From Ancylonema sp. (Eukaryota), in the NCBI GenBank assembly GCA_050230475.1, contig JBFLGF010000026.1, positions 62,001-126,000 of the forward strand: a stretch of DNA of 64,000 nt, written 5' to 3'. The position numbers and the translations under genes are program-made. Below the pieces are notes generated by a model. The model saw nothing but the letters and a program-made list of their open reading frames with translations, was not told the origin of the DNA and ran no database searches. Shown in pieces: positions 1 to 12,659 of the stretch; the stretch's first letter is position 1; every line of letters begins with the position of its first letter.

Positions 1-510
1 CAAGTTTTGTAATAGAGATAGATCACACCTCCCAAGTAAAGCTTCACAAATTTAACACCGCGGTGTGATGGAAGGGTGCTGACATCTTGACATATTATTC
101 AACAAACTTGAAGACAAGCATAAGAGCGACACTGATCTCGGTCACCTAAAGTTTGTGTGTGAAGAGAAACTCTACTCCTTCCCCTCAAAGATTCCACAAC
201 TTGCTCGGGAACAAATGACGATGCTTTGGAAAACGCATCAATAAGTGGAAAAAGTCGGAGGGAGAGGTGGCATCATAGTATCAATTTCGGAAGATATGTG
301 TAAAACTTTGTAACAATGCTTTCCTCAAAAGTGGGTAAAGAAACAATAACACCAAGGTTACTCAACACACAAACGTATCCGATGGGCACAGTCCAAGATG
401 CGTGCACATCCGATTTCACAGTGTACTTCGTAAGTAATATGTGAACATCCATATGACGTCGGATTAGGCTCCATGTTTTCTAATGCTTAAGATATGCGCT
501 AAGAAGCATA

Positions 511-777
511 CTGTATCGGCCGAAGATGATAACCCGGGAAAATTTCCGAAAAGGGTGGGTCATTAAAAATATTAATTGGTGAAAGTGTTGTCATTTTATA
601 TTTGGGAAATTGAAATAATAATACTAATTGAAATCGGGAAATTATTATCTGGATATCTGGAAATCGGGATGCTGATATCGGGGTTCTAAAATCCCGAGTG
701 CACGGGGTGGGTCAACCGTGGCAATTCATTGTTTTAGTTGTTTTAGTAATCCGGGTCATTGTCTTTGGCGAGCACGG
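511..777. mobile_element. Degenerate Tc1/mariner-type MITE
   Basis: TA|CTGTATCGGCCGAAGATGATAACCCGG ... CCGGGTCATTGTCTTTGGCGAGCACGG|TA: imperfect terminal inverted repeats with TA on both flanks. Confidence 0.45.
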
Positions 778-2241
778 TAATCACAAACCTTGCAACAAGT
801 AATGTCACCCTCCTGGGCAAGACCACGCAATTCGGCCTCAAAACTATACATGCGAGGCGGTGGAAAGCATACACGTAAATAATAACACCCTTTCAAAGGC
901 ACCGCTTGTTAAGGTGTTCAAAATCAAACGGCCCTTATTTCGGGAGTATATCGTCGTTGCATTCATTGTGTTGTTGGAGGTTGTTATACTCGGTTTTAGT
1001 CTAGTGCTTATTGCATAGTCATGTTCTTAGCTTGTAGCATGCAATTTGCATATTCGTGATTGCGTTTCAAGAGTGTTATCTCGTTGGCTCGTTCTAAACC
1101 CTTGATGATTTTTGTTGCTTTTGAGTACGCTGAAAAGTTTGGGGAATAGAGTGTCGTAGCTGGAAGTAAAGAGGAACGGGGGCACATAGCCAAGACACAT
1201 GCGCAAAAAGATGTCCACCTCGTCTGTGCAAGAACTTTGTGCATGGTATCGACCGGCTCTTGTCATCCTTATTAGTCGGTTTACGTGTGTTCAATAGTAT
1301 CACTTATGAACTCTAAGTGAACGAGTGGAACTTTCGGTGGTGAATGCCCAAAAAGTCATGGATGTCATGGTCATGCATGTCGATATGTCTGGCTTGCTCA
1401 ACAGGTTGGATGGTTAGGCGGTCGCGTGCAAGTGGTTTTTGTTTGCTTCTAAATGCTCCAATCGGAACTTAATGCATGTTTCAAAAGCCGTGTACAAGTC
1501 TTGTGTGATAGGTGTTTATTTGAGTCAAATCATTTGACGACTTGGTCTAGCGACATCGTCTTTAATGGTGTATATTATGTATCAACCGCTAACAAAACTT
1601 CGCTATGCCTGACGACCGAGTGCCTAACGTGAGTTGTTCATACGGGGTCTTGGTATTTATTGTTTTTGTCTATGATAGTGTATTGGAGACCATAGTTGCC
1701 CCCCATCGAATTGGGGAATCTTCGATCTGGCGCAAATACGGATTGAATCCGATCCGGATCCGATAAGGACCAAAGGTGAATATCGGTAAATAACCAAAAA
1801 ATAATTGGCATGCACATCATGTGCTGTAACACCTTTTTTTTTTTTTTTTTTTTTTTTTTGGGGGTATGAAATGTCTCGTTGGGCCCGATCCGATCAGGGT
1901 ATCTCGGATCCGGCGCCGTTCCGGATTGGGGATTTTTGGGTGGTTGAGCCCAACAATGCTGGAGTGGTACTTCAATCCTTCCATGGAAGAGGTGTCATGC
2001 ACTCCGTTTTTCTTGCATTGGGAGAATCTGTTTTGCTTCTTCCCTTGCAGGTTCCCATGAAGCTAATGTTGGTGCGAGGTAAAATTATGTCTAGGGCACC
2101 CTAACGAACAAGCATAGAGAGACATACCATCAAATACATCAAGAAGACTCCTTACACCAGGCTCTGCGTTCATAATTTAAACCTCAACGACACCGATACA
2201 GTTACAATTTCAAGGAAATCAATCACTTGTTGGTGGGGGCA

Positions 2242-5200
2242 TCAATGAGCCGCAGTCCCTACGAGTTCCTCCTCTGCCTTGTCGTACTCCCTCCCCGTCA
2301 ATCCATGCAACACCTGAAGTGCATCTGCCTCCTCATCCACGGACTCCGCTTCGAATTTCAAACTCTCCGCCTCTTCAAACTCCTCAGCTTCCGCCGCCAA
2401 TTCCATTTCCTTCCTCGCCACACTCGCACCCAACCGCAGTCTCTCACACCTAGCCATGGCCGCTGCCTTCTCACTCTCCCCTATCGCCCCCTCTAACTCT
2501 GCCACCCTGCCCGCCTCTCCTCGCTCCTCTCCCTCCACCTTTGCAAGCTCAGCAGCGAGCGACGCCATTTCTGCCGCCGCTGCCTCTTTGTCGTTTGCGA
2601 TCATCTTCATTTCCGCCGCCAGTTTCGCAGCCTCCTTGAAGTTGCGACTGCTGGCCGCCGCTCGCTTCTCGGCCTCCAGTTCCGGACCCCTCTTGTCGGC
2701 AAAATCCAGCCTCTGTTGCGCAGCACTCACTTCCTGCGCCAACTTGGCGCGCACAAACCCGATTTCCTGAAACAACAAAACATAAAAGACGAGAGATTGA
2801 AAAACACACAGACCGAATCTCACTTCTGCCTTCAAGCAACCGACTCTGCTTCCATTCAGGTACCCCGTAACATGACAGCACCCAAAACGCCAGCTGTCTG
2901 TCTGTCTGTCCGTGTTCAGCCAACCGTTTTCCGTCCCCAACCCATTTCCTCCGCCCAAACCGAGAGTGGCTATCTGGATTACGAGAACAATCTATTCCTG
3001 CTAGCGACCAAATCTCACCATACCTCCCCCTTCTTCCCCTCCCCGCACCCTCCCAAGCTTCCATTCCCATCCTTTACTATTTATTACCTTCAGCGCCGTC
3101 TTCATTTCCCCTACTTGCGCCTTGACGGCGTTTGCCTTCTCCACGCCCTCCTTCTCTTTTGCCGCCAGCTCCTCCCTTTTTGCCCTTTCTGCCTTATCTG
3201 CTGCGGCCATTCCCTTCTTGGCCTCTGCCCGTGCTGCCAGGGATTCTGCCTCTAGTTTTGCCGCTCTCCCCACCTCCTCCAGGCCCCCCCCCCTGCTTTC
3301 TGCCGACGCCACCTCGCCCCTCACGGCCTCCTTTGCGCCCTAGATCCGCTTCATTTCTGCAGCCAGTTCCTGCGCCGTTTCTGCCACCCTCTCCCTCTCC
3401 ACCTCCAGATTCGCCCTCCTTCTAACGAACTTGGCCCCCACTGCGCGGATCTTCTCTTCCACATCCCCAATCTTCTCGTCCTGAATCGCGAGCGCCGCCT
3501 CTTTCCCCCTCAACACCTCCCTCGCCTCCTCCACCTCCCTCTCCATCGCCTCTCTTTCCGACACGAGTACCTCTCTCTCCCCTTGCTCCTTCACAGTGGA
3601 CTCCAAAATCTTCTTCTCCATCTCCGCCTCCTCCTCCTCCACCACCCGCTGTTCTAAACTCACTTTGCGCTTCCTCGCCTCCACCTCCTCCTCCTCGCCA
3701 ATCAGGCGCTCCAGCTCCTGGGCGGCAGAACTCCCGGCCTCGGATTTCAACCTCTGCGCTTCTGCAACAGCAGCCTGCAGCAGCAGCAGCAGCAGCAGCA
3801 GAAGTGGGAAAAGAAACGGATTGGCATCCACATCGGTTGAAGACCTTCAAATATCAAACCCATGGAGTCATGAATATCAACACCTCCAAGCAGACCCCTT
3901 ACATCACAACATAAATTTAAAAAAATAGCCCTGGCGATGCCCCGTGGAGAGTGATAAGAGTGGATCCAAAAAAAGAATTCGAGAGGCAACCAATTAAGTC
4001 CTTCTCGCCTACATCTGTTTGTGCAGAAAACGAAAAGTATCACAGAACCCCCTTCCCCTCCCCCACCTCCTGTACGGCCAGAAGCTTCCTGGCTCCTTCT
4101 TCTGCCACCTCTCCCTCCCTGGCCTCTGCCTCATGCAACCTCCCACCTGCCAACTCACACTCCTCCTCTGCTCCTCTCGCCTCGTTCCCCATCCTCTCCG
4201 CCTCTCCTTCCGCTTCCCCCATGGCGATACTCAACTCATCCGCTCGCTCAAACTCCTCCTTCTCACACGCTTCTGCCACCTCGCCCTCCAACTCCCTCAC
4301 TCTCTTACACACCTCCAAACACGTTCTGTTCGCGGCTCGCCTACGCTGCACGGCCGCCTTCCGTTCCGCCGATAACGACGAAACCATCTCGTGCAAGGCC
4401 TTGAGTTCAGACTCGACCCTTTCTCTGACAGCAGACACACGCTCGTCGAGAGGGAGAGAGTCTACGTCTACTTCGGGAACCCCGTCTGCCTCCCCCCCAT
4501 CCTCTCCCCCCACCCACCTCTCCTCCTCTCCCCCGTCTCCTTCTCCATCCCCTCCCTCTACCGCACCTCCCACACCCCCATCCCCATCCGTTGACTCCTC
4601 CCCCTCCCGGATATCACTCCCCCCCTCCCTCCTCTCACCACCTTCCCCCTTGGCCTCCTCGCTCTCCCCTCCCTCCACCGCCTGCCCTTCCCACGCTCTG
4701 TGAAGAGTTTGTTCTGCTCCTTCACCATCCTCCTGAGCCTCGGGTTCAGAGTCGTGCACATCGCTCTCTTCAACAGGTTTTGCCTCTTCAACAGCGGCAG
4801 CTACCTTGGCAGCCTGCTCGGGTTCCCCACGAGTAGAATCTAAGATTCCGACGCTCCCAGCATCCCTACTGTTTATTAACCCAGGTGATGTATTATTGTG
4901 GGCATAGAGACTGGTGAGGTCAATCGTGCCTCCCGCACCACCAGCTCCAGCTGGTGTGCGAGCTGGCCCAGACTCCTCCTCTTCGTCTCTCCCATACCCC
5001 ACCCGTATGCTACGCTTCTTTTTCCGGGGTACCGCCTGTTTGACTATCATTCCTCCTATTTCCGCAGCTACTGCTGGTCCTGCACCTGGGTGCGCGAGAG
5101 CGGTATCTACTTCAGCAGTCCCTGTCGATTCTAATGACTCCGAGCTGAGTCCACGTAACATGGAGGGAGGACCGACTCCGTCAGCCTCCCTTCCGCCCTC

Positions 5201-5686
5201 GGATTCAGTTCCAGCTGATACCCCCCCATTGATCGAAACACTTGCAGTAGCGTGACCAGCAGAACCCTCTGGTGCAGACTCTAAATCCATTCCATTGCCA
5301 GCTTCAGTTGCTGCTTCGTCATGTTCGACGGAAAGGTCAGAAAACAAGCTTTCGTCTAGGGGCCCACTCTGAACCCCGAACGAGGGAGAACTTGAGATGA
5401 GGGCGGATTCAGAATAAGATGGTGGAAGGGTGGCAATTTCGGCATCACCCACGTCTAACTCGTTCTGATTCAATCTGTTCTCAGCCACAACATCTTTCTT
5501 GTCGACGACAGGCTCCTGTCTGGGCTCCAAAGCGGAATGAAAATTCGATACATGGCCAGCTTCTGCCCGTGTGTTTGCAGACTGTAGGTGATCCGGGATA
5601 ATTTCTGCTTCGTCGACCTCAACTTCTGGTTCTACGGATGTGACAAAGTCCATCCCTTCGAACAGAGAGTCACCATCGCTAGCCAT
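2242..5686 (-). CDS. UVR-motif coiled-coil protein (plant family starting ..DSLFEGM.., recalled as At5g25070-like); 3 exons, one in-frame TAG
   Basis: Exons 5686-4067, 3774-3088, 2766-2242 joined by phase-0 GT-AG introns, about 943 codons ending in TGA. N-terminal DSLFEGM; acidic low-complexity region; UVR-like motifs (ACEKEEFERADEL, AASSRNFKEAAKL, AAEAEEFEEAESL). In-frame TAG at 3342-3340 in exon 2. Confidence 0.8.
3775..3801. repeat. (CAG/CTG)n microsatellite abutting the intron 1 acceptor; also in the copy at about 13860-13886
   Basis: About 8 CTG units on the coding strand directly before the CAG acceptor. Confidence 0.85.
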
Positions 5687-8359
5687 ACTTACAGAACTCT
5701 ATTGCGGTTTTCGTTCTATTTCCTAGTACGGTAAACCACGTGAGAACCACTGCAAGGGTAAAATTCCTGAGTTCATATACACATCTTCACGATCCTTTCT
5801 ACGTATTTTATGCATTCGAAGTATTGTAATACCCATACAACGCTCTGAAAAAAATCCTGCAGAGACAGGCCTTCCTTCTGTTCTTCCAGAGAGGACTCTC
5901 CGTACAGTGTCAGAGGCGGAGGGGGTACGGCTTGGAGATCAGGAGGCACAGGCTCGCGAGAGCCTGCAGCCAGGCTGCCGCAGCCTGGCTCAAGAATGTA
6001 GCCTACAGCGCGGCTCTGGGCTCATGACCGGTTGGTCAAAATCGCGGGTAGGATGCAATGGAGCCGACGGTAAAATACCGGCTACCTCTTGGCTCGGGAT
6101 CACGATTTGGACATAACGATCTGTCCACGTGGGCAAGACCCTGACATCGACGTGTGCTTTCCCGCGAAAACTGCCAAAGCTGCAGTTACCGATGCAGGAC
6201 CGCGCAGGAATGCCCAGTCAGGGACGGAACATTAGGCCCTAAATTGATCTCTGGGGGGTTCATAACTTTCAAACCCTAATAAGGAGAAACGCATTCTAAT
6301 AAAGGGTTGCACGTCAATTGCTAAATTGCTAGGGTAGACATGTTTTTTGGGTCCTTCGCCAGTTTGGAACATAATAATGCCCCTAAAATCTTGTCGTTTT
6401 GACGGATAAATGAATTTCAAGCATGCATATTTGGAATACTCGGAGAATTATTACATCAATTGGTGTTTCAAGTATTGAAACAAACCAAAGTCGAAGTGAA
6501 AACGATTGGAAGCATCGCTGATTGCGTAGTCACTTTATCACTGGAGGTATTGCCGCATTTTCTTTAAACATCGGCACTTATTCTAATCCTAATCTACAAG
6601 CACAAACGTGGATAAATTATGAAATATGAGAGTTTCGGTCGTCACAACTTGGAGGGGAAGGTAGCGTTTCCAAGTAAACGGTCGTGCAAGGAAATTGATG
6701 GCATTGATTAAATTATTTATCATTGCCATTCACCCTCCCACCCGTTCGAGACTTTTGGGGAGGGGAGCGGAGGACATTCAAGATAGTTTTCCTCCAAAGA
6801 GCCTAGAGTCCGAGTTTCCCGGGCGACTCAACTCCGTACGCCCTGTTGAGAGGTCACCGTCACCTACATCTACTCTCTCGCAATTCATGGCAGACATTAC
6901 CCGATTGAGCTTGACAAATTCGTGGTACGCCGAAATCTCTTGTCCGATGTCCACTCAAAGTATCCGCAATGGCGGCACGTCAATTTACACTTACCATTTT
7001 TATGAGTACGTTTTGGTCATAGGCCTAAAAATTGTTTTTCCCCTCAAAGCAGAGAAATTTAGGCCCTAAATTGATGGTTGGGGGTGGAAAATGGCCCTGA
7101 ATTTCCCCTAAATTCAAATATATTTTCAGGGGTTTTTAGGAGGGCTTTCCCGGCGTACCCTTATTATGCTTTTGTAATTACGGTCTAAATACCCCTAATT
7201 ACGAAGAGTGTTTTTTTACTTGCCATCCCTGTGCCCAGTGGTGGCACGTCCCCTCTCCCCGGCAATGCTTTATCGTCTCGCCTACGACAATTCCCACGTT
7301 CCTAATACTCTCCTCCATGCTTCTTGCTTTCGTGATAAATAAGGGACCATAACGTACATTGTTCTCCAACTCATTCGGAGTCACATTGGAGGGCTGTGTT
7401 CTCGATGTTCGCGTCTTCGAGCCGTAAGATTTCTTTCTTTCTGGTTGGATAGAGGCATTGGGACCCTCTGGAAGCGCAATGCCGTGATTATTCTCGAGCA
7501 GAAAGACGAAACTTCTACTGTCAGAATTGTAATGGAATGTCTGATTTCGATGGCTCTCAATTTTTCGACGTTTACTTCAAGGTTCAGACCTTGTAGGCCC
7601 AGAAGAAGAGGAACCAGGTCACACTTTGTAGGCCCAGAATCCCACCTTGTTCAAACAGGTATACAGGCCGGTATATAATACCACTTAACACCTTTGAACT
7701 GGTATACGGGTTCACATTCTGTCAGCATTGCACCTATAGCACGAGTCTCCCAATAATCTATGGAGCCACGCAGCCCCAACAAGTTTTAAAACCTACACAC
7801 CCAAAAATTCAGCCACCACAACCAAGAATCCTCCACTTAAAACCACTTTTCTCTCCACCCCTCCCCCCCTCGCTCGTCCCCCAGCCTCTAGGGCTTCCCC
7901 ACCCTCTCCCTTCAGCACCCCCCCCACAGCAGCAGCAGCAGCACCCTCTCAGGGAGCCACGTCATCACACCTTGACCCCCCCCAGCCCCCCAACCCTATG
8001 CCGGTTTTCACGTCCTCTCCTGTATTCGGCGGGAGGTTTGGGGGTGGGGGGGAATCTTCGGGACGTACGGACGGACGGACGTCTACGGGAGCGTTCGGGA
8101 ACGGTCAGCCTGTGGTTGGGTGTGCATCAACGACACTGTTTGGCTCTCAATCGGCTCCCGGTTTTGAGATACCGCCTTCACGTCTTCACGGCGGTGAGTC
8201 CCTGGGAGGCAATGATTGTTTCGACGAAAAACGAAGGCGCCTCCGTTTCCTCCGTTTTTACAACTATTATCAACATCCTGAGTATGATTCTGGTATTTAT
8301 TGTTACTATTTCTGTTATTATTTTACTTTTTACTTGTTTTCCTTTTTTTTCAAATTCTT

Positions 8360-8418
8360 TTTTTGTTATTATTATTATTATCAGTTAAAGTATTAGTATT
8401 ATCATTGTTATTATTTTT

Positions 8419-8468
<50 letters not shown>

Positions 8469-8490
8469 GCATAACATTATTATTATTATC
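8360..8490. repeat. (TTA)n microsatellite in intron
   Basis: Long imperfect TTA run. Confidence 0.9.
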
Positions 8491-9514
8491 ACCCCCCCCT
8501 CCCCTCCCACGTTTTGGGAATCCCTTTCAGCTGCAAGGTCCGAATCTGACTCCCTAAATAGTAGCGCACCGCTCTCTTCCCGTCCCTACAGTAGCATCTA
8601 AGTGAAGAAAAAAATACCAAGTTTGTTTCTTATTCACAACCAACTCTGACCCCCGCCCCCCTCGCCCGTCTGCTTGCACCTGTTCAGGAACGTCCGTTTT
8701 AAGACACCAGCCCCCCACCGCCACCACCCTCTTCTGCAAATTCGGAGTCCAGCAACCCCAACCCCAATCCCAACCCCAACCGCTGCAAATGAACCCCTTC
8801 GCCCCTGCAGCCCCCTCTCCAGCCCCAGCCCTAGCCTTTTGGCAGACCTTTACCCCGGCAGTGGGCTCATTTTTCGCCCCTTTTTCGGGAGCTTCACTAT
8901 CTTCCACCACGCCTGTGTTTGGAGGGAGTGACCAGGGGGGGGGAGGTGAGGGGGGGGGATGGGAGAGGAATTTGGGGTCGGAAAGAGGGGGTGTGTGGAA
9001 CGATTATAGAATTATACACTTGTCCAAGTATATCATGATACAATTATACAATTATACAATTATACAATTATACAAGTATACAATTATACAATTATAGAGG
9101 GATACATGCACATTCCAGATATCTATATAAATATATGTGTGGACACATGTATACATTCATGCTCAATGGATTGGCAGACATACGTTAGTGCCCCCCCCCC
9201 TTCCTCCCCCTTCCCCATCCCAGGCAGCCGATCGGTACCCTACACAAAGACAGTCGACACGGATTCTTTTTGTGGCAAAGGATATGGAGAGAAAGCTGAG
9301 AATTATAGCTTTCTGAGCCTGAGTGCCATGCCTGCTTACAAGAACAAGAGCTGCAAAGAATTGAGGTGGGAAGACTACAAGGCAGGAGACAAAGGTGACA
9401 ACCCCAAACCTTAAACCCCAAACCCGAACCCCCAACCTCCGATCTCAAGCTTGCGGCCATTAAACTGAGTCCTTTCGTCTTATCGTTGATACACACGTGC
9501 CTGTCGCTTTGGAA

Positions 9515-9674
9515 CTGTTTTCCCTCGATATAACGACCATCGTTATAACAACCGCCTCCCGAAAGTGACACTCGTTTTTTGTGCTCCCTTTCTGGTTCCC
9601 CCACTGTAAACGATAGCTGGGTAGAAGGACACACCCCTCCACGGTTGCAATGTCGTTATATCGAGGGAAGACTG
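9515..9674. mobile_element. Tc1/mariner (pogo-like) MITE, copy in repeat unit 1
   Basis: CTGTTTTCCCTCGATATAACGAC ... GTCGTTATATCGAGGGAAGACTG|TA. Confidence 0.7.
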
Positions 9675-10861
9675 TAGTGAGGGGAGATGATGCAGCAAGA
9701 GCACATGTGGCTTTCACTATTAACGAATCCGATGTATCCGAACTATATCCGATGTATCCGAACTATATCCGATAAATCCGGACTAGATCTGATATATCCG
9801 AACTATATCCAATATATTCGAACTCTATCCGATGTATCCGACGTGCCGTTCGCTTTGTGCGACCCTGACCCCCCAAAGATGTCGCAGCGGCACTGCTCCT
9901 CCGTTCGTACGATAGCATCGAAAGGAGGGGGGGGGATCTCAGTTTCCTTCTATTTCAGACCTACCTTGAACCCTGAACCCTAAACCCTGTCACCCTCACC
10001 CGTCCGTTTGCACCTGTTCAGGAACGTCCGCCTTCAGATACCAGCCCCCCCCCGCCACCACCCCCTTCTGCATATTTGGAGGCCAGCCACCCCAACCCCA
10101 ACAGCAGCGAACCAACCCCTTTGGCCCCCCAGCGCCTGCCCCAGCCCCCTTCCCAGCCCCAGCCTTTTGGCAGGGCTCTACCCCGGCAGTGGGCTCAACC
10201 TGTGCTCCTTTTTCGGGAGCGTGTCCAACCACGCCGTTGTTTGGAGGGAGTGTTGAAAAGCGGGGGGGGGAGGTGAGGGGGGGGAGGGGAGGGGAATTTG
10301 GGGTCGGGAAAAGGGGGTCTATGGAACTTGTATGCAATTATGCAATTATTCGCAATTATTCATTCATGCAATTGTAGAGTTAAACAGTTATACAATTACA
10401 CGAGTATATAATTATATAATTATACAGTCATACAATGATACAGTTATACCTCATTCCAGATGTATATGTGGGCACTATACACTACGTGTATACATTCATG
10501 TTCAATGGATTGGCAAACATACGTCATCCCCCCCCCCCTCCTCCCCCTTCCCCATCGCAGGCAGCCGATCGGTATACTACACAAAGACAGTCGACACAGA
10601 ATCTTTTTGTGGCAAAGGACATAGAGATAAAAGTGAGACGGTTATCTTCTTGAGCCTGAGTGCCATGCCTGCTTACAAGAACAAGAGCTGCGAGGAGTTG
10701 AGGTGGGAAGACTACAAGGCAGGAGACAAAGGTATAAACCCCAAACCCCAACCTCCAACCTCCAACCTACAACCTCCGATCTCACGCTTGCGGCCATCAA
10801 CCTGAGTCCGCTTTCGTCATACCTCTCCTACAATCGTTCCTGTCGTTTTGGTACCCTGGTA

Positions 10862-11024
10862 CTGTCTTCCCTCGATATAACGACCCTCTTTGTAACCACT
10901 GCCTGGTGGAAGTGACACTCTTTTTTTGCGCTCCTTCTTCTGGTCCCCCCCCACTGTAAACGACAGCTCAGTAGAAGGACACACTCCCCCAGGGTTCCAC
11001 TGTCGTTATATCGAGGGAAGACAG
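10862..11024. mobile_element. Tc1/mariner (pogo-like) MITE, copy in repeat unit 2
   Basis: TA|CTGTCTTCCCTCGATATAACGAC ... GTCGTTATATCGAGGGAAGACAG|TA: perfect 23-bp TIR, TA TSD. Confidence 0.85.
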
Positions 11025-12220
11025 TAGGGAGGGGAGGTGATACAGCAAGAACACATATGGCTTTCACAATTAACGAATCCGATGTAACCTCCCCTTACTG
11101 CGAACCTGACCCCCTTTCAAAATCGCAGCAGCACGGCACCGCACTGTTTCCGTCCGTACGATAGCATAGGAAGGAGGGGGAGAGAATCGGAGTTTTCTAC
11201 TTCAGACAAACCCTGAACCCTGAACCCTGAACCCTGACACCCTCACCCGTCCGCTTGCACCTGTTCAGGAACGTCCGTTTTCAGACACCTACCCCCCCCG
11301 CCACCACCCCCTTCTGCAAATTCGGATGCCAGCAACCCCAATCCCAACAGCAGCAAACCAACCCCTTTGCCCCCCAAGCCCCTGCCCCAGCCCCTGCCCC
11401 TGCCTCTGCCTTTTGGCAGAGCTCTACCCCGCCACTGGGCTCAACTCCCGCTCCTTTTCCGGGAGCGTTTCCGCTGTGTTTAGGAGTGGGTTTTATGGAG
11501 GGAGTGGCAACGTGGGGGGAGGTTAGTGAGAGGGGAGGGGAATAGGGGGTCGGGAAGGGGGGGTGTATGGAGTAAAATCTCGATACCAGAAGAAGGCGGA
11601 GAAATTATTGGTTGAATCAGATGCTTCTTGTTTTGAAAGTTTTTTGTTTGAGAATACCTCACATCTTGTTTGTGGGAACTGAGAAACAGCCCAAAGAAAG
11701 GTACCAAATCAGACCCTGTAGTACGAATGGATCATTATACCGACGTTGTATCGTATCGGAGTGATACTTTGGTACTGTGTGCTTGGGCGATGAGTCGGAA
11801 AATCCCATGCGAAATCATGTGTGGGTCACATGTATATGCACATGTGGTTCTGTTATATGATTATGAACCTGTATCCGTACACTCAGATGTATAGAACGCA
11901 CATGTGTAAAAAACGTAAGTAAGTTTGAATGTATGCATGACCGGATGTACGAATGCACGTATGAATGTATCTGTATACAGTTGTATCTGCATGTCTGTAT
12001 GCATGTATGTGTGTACGATTACACATAGGTGCATGCACATCTTTCCAGATGTGTATGTGGACACATGTATACATCTATACATTTGCAGATGTATATATGT
12101 ACAGTCAGACCCCTGTAGAGGCACACCATCTATAAGGGCACACCCCTCCAAAAGCCATCAAAATGTCGCAACCAGGATTCATGATTGCCATCAGAGGATT
12201 TTATTTTCTGTGTAAGCATG

Positions 12221-12387
12221 CAGTTAAACCTGTCATAATGAATACTGTCGGGACCGGAAAAAAATATCAATCAAGACAGGTTATGACACGTCAGATTGGG
12301 TGAAAACACCGAAATCGGTCGGGGAAAAAACTATTCGATAAGACAGGTTATTAATTAGCACAGTATTAATTATGACAGGTTTCACTG
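12221..12387. mobile_element. Tc1/mariner-type MITE
   Basis: CAGTTAAACCTGTCATAATGAATACTG ... CAGTATTAATTATGACAGGTTTCACTG|TA; left flank is TG. Confidence 0.75.
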
Positions 12388-12659
12388 TACTTGCTTTTCA
12401 AGAGACACAAAAAGTATCTCAACAAAAAGTGTGCGTTTAGAGAGTTGTGACTGTATCATGTACACGTCAAATACAAACAGGGACCGATAACCGCTTAAGC
12501 GAGCGAAACAAAACGACGCCTTGGGTACCAACAATCTCGATGTCACAACATTTCTTCCCTGGATTTCACCCGGATTGTCCGACATTTTTGACACTGTTAT
12601 TGTATCGACCAGATTTGTCCTGAGGTTGATATCGAGTGAGTAGTGTATTCACGCACTCT

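Larger units (their letters stand above)
7998..11540 (+). pseudogene. Truncated Nup98-like gene or pseudogene with tandemly repeated FG-like and GLEBS exons
   Basis: Exons 7998-8193, 8688-8945 and 9224-9394 splice in phase 1; further exons 10022-~10272, 10561-10731 and 11269-~11540. Exons 3 and 5 encode GSRSV(P/Y)YTKTVDT...[14 protein letters not shown](K/E)[12 protein letters not shown], the plant Nup98 GLEBS (RAE1-binding) motif. No autoproteolytic domain seen; later units lose frame in homopolymer runs. Confidence 0.7.
8660..11570 (+). repeat. Tandem segmental repeat, about 1.25-1.33 kb unit, about 2.3 copies
   Basis: CACCTGTTCAGGAACGTCCG recurs at about 8677, 10011 and 11258; exon, intron and MITE order is repeated. 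Confidence 0.9.

Noticed and set aside
2456..5255. Many long Ser/Pro/Leu-rich ORFs on the + strand (and on the - strand at 12959-14931)
   Set aside because: Antisense shadows of the purine-rich UVR coding strand.
6230..7200. Possible element with TAGGCCCTAAA-type ends (similar words near 57650 and 63070)
   Set aside because: No convincing TSD or extended TIR match.
7972..8557. ORFs with poly-Leu, poly-Ile or poly-Tyr transmembrane-like tails
   Set aside because: Translations of an intronic (TTA)n microsatellite past the donor at 8193.
11861..12215. Cys/His/Tyr-rich ORFs
   Set aside because: Low-complexity TGTA/TACA-rich DNA with no coding signal.
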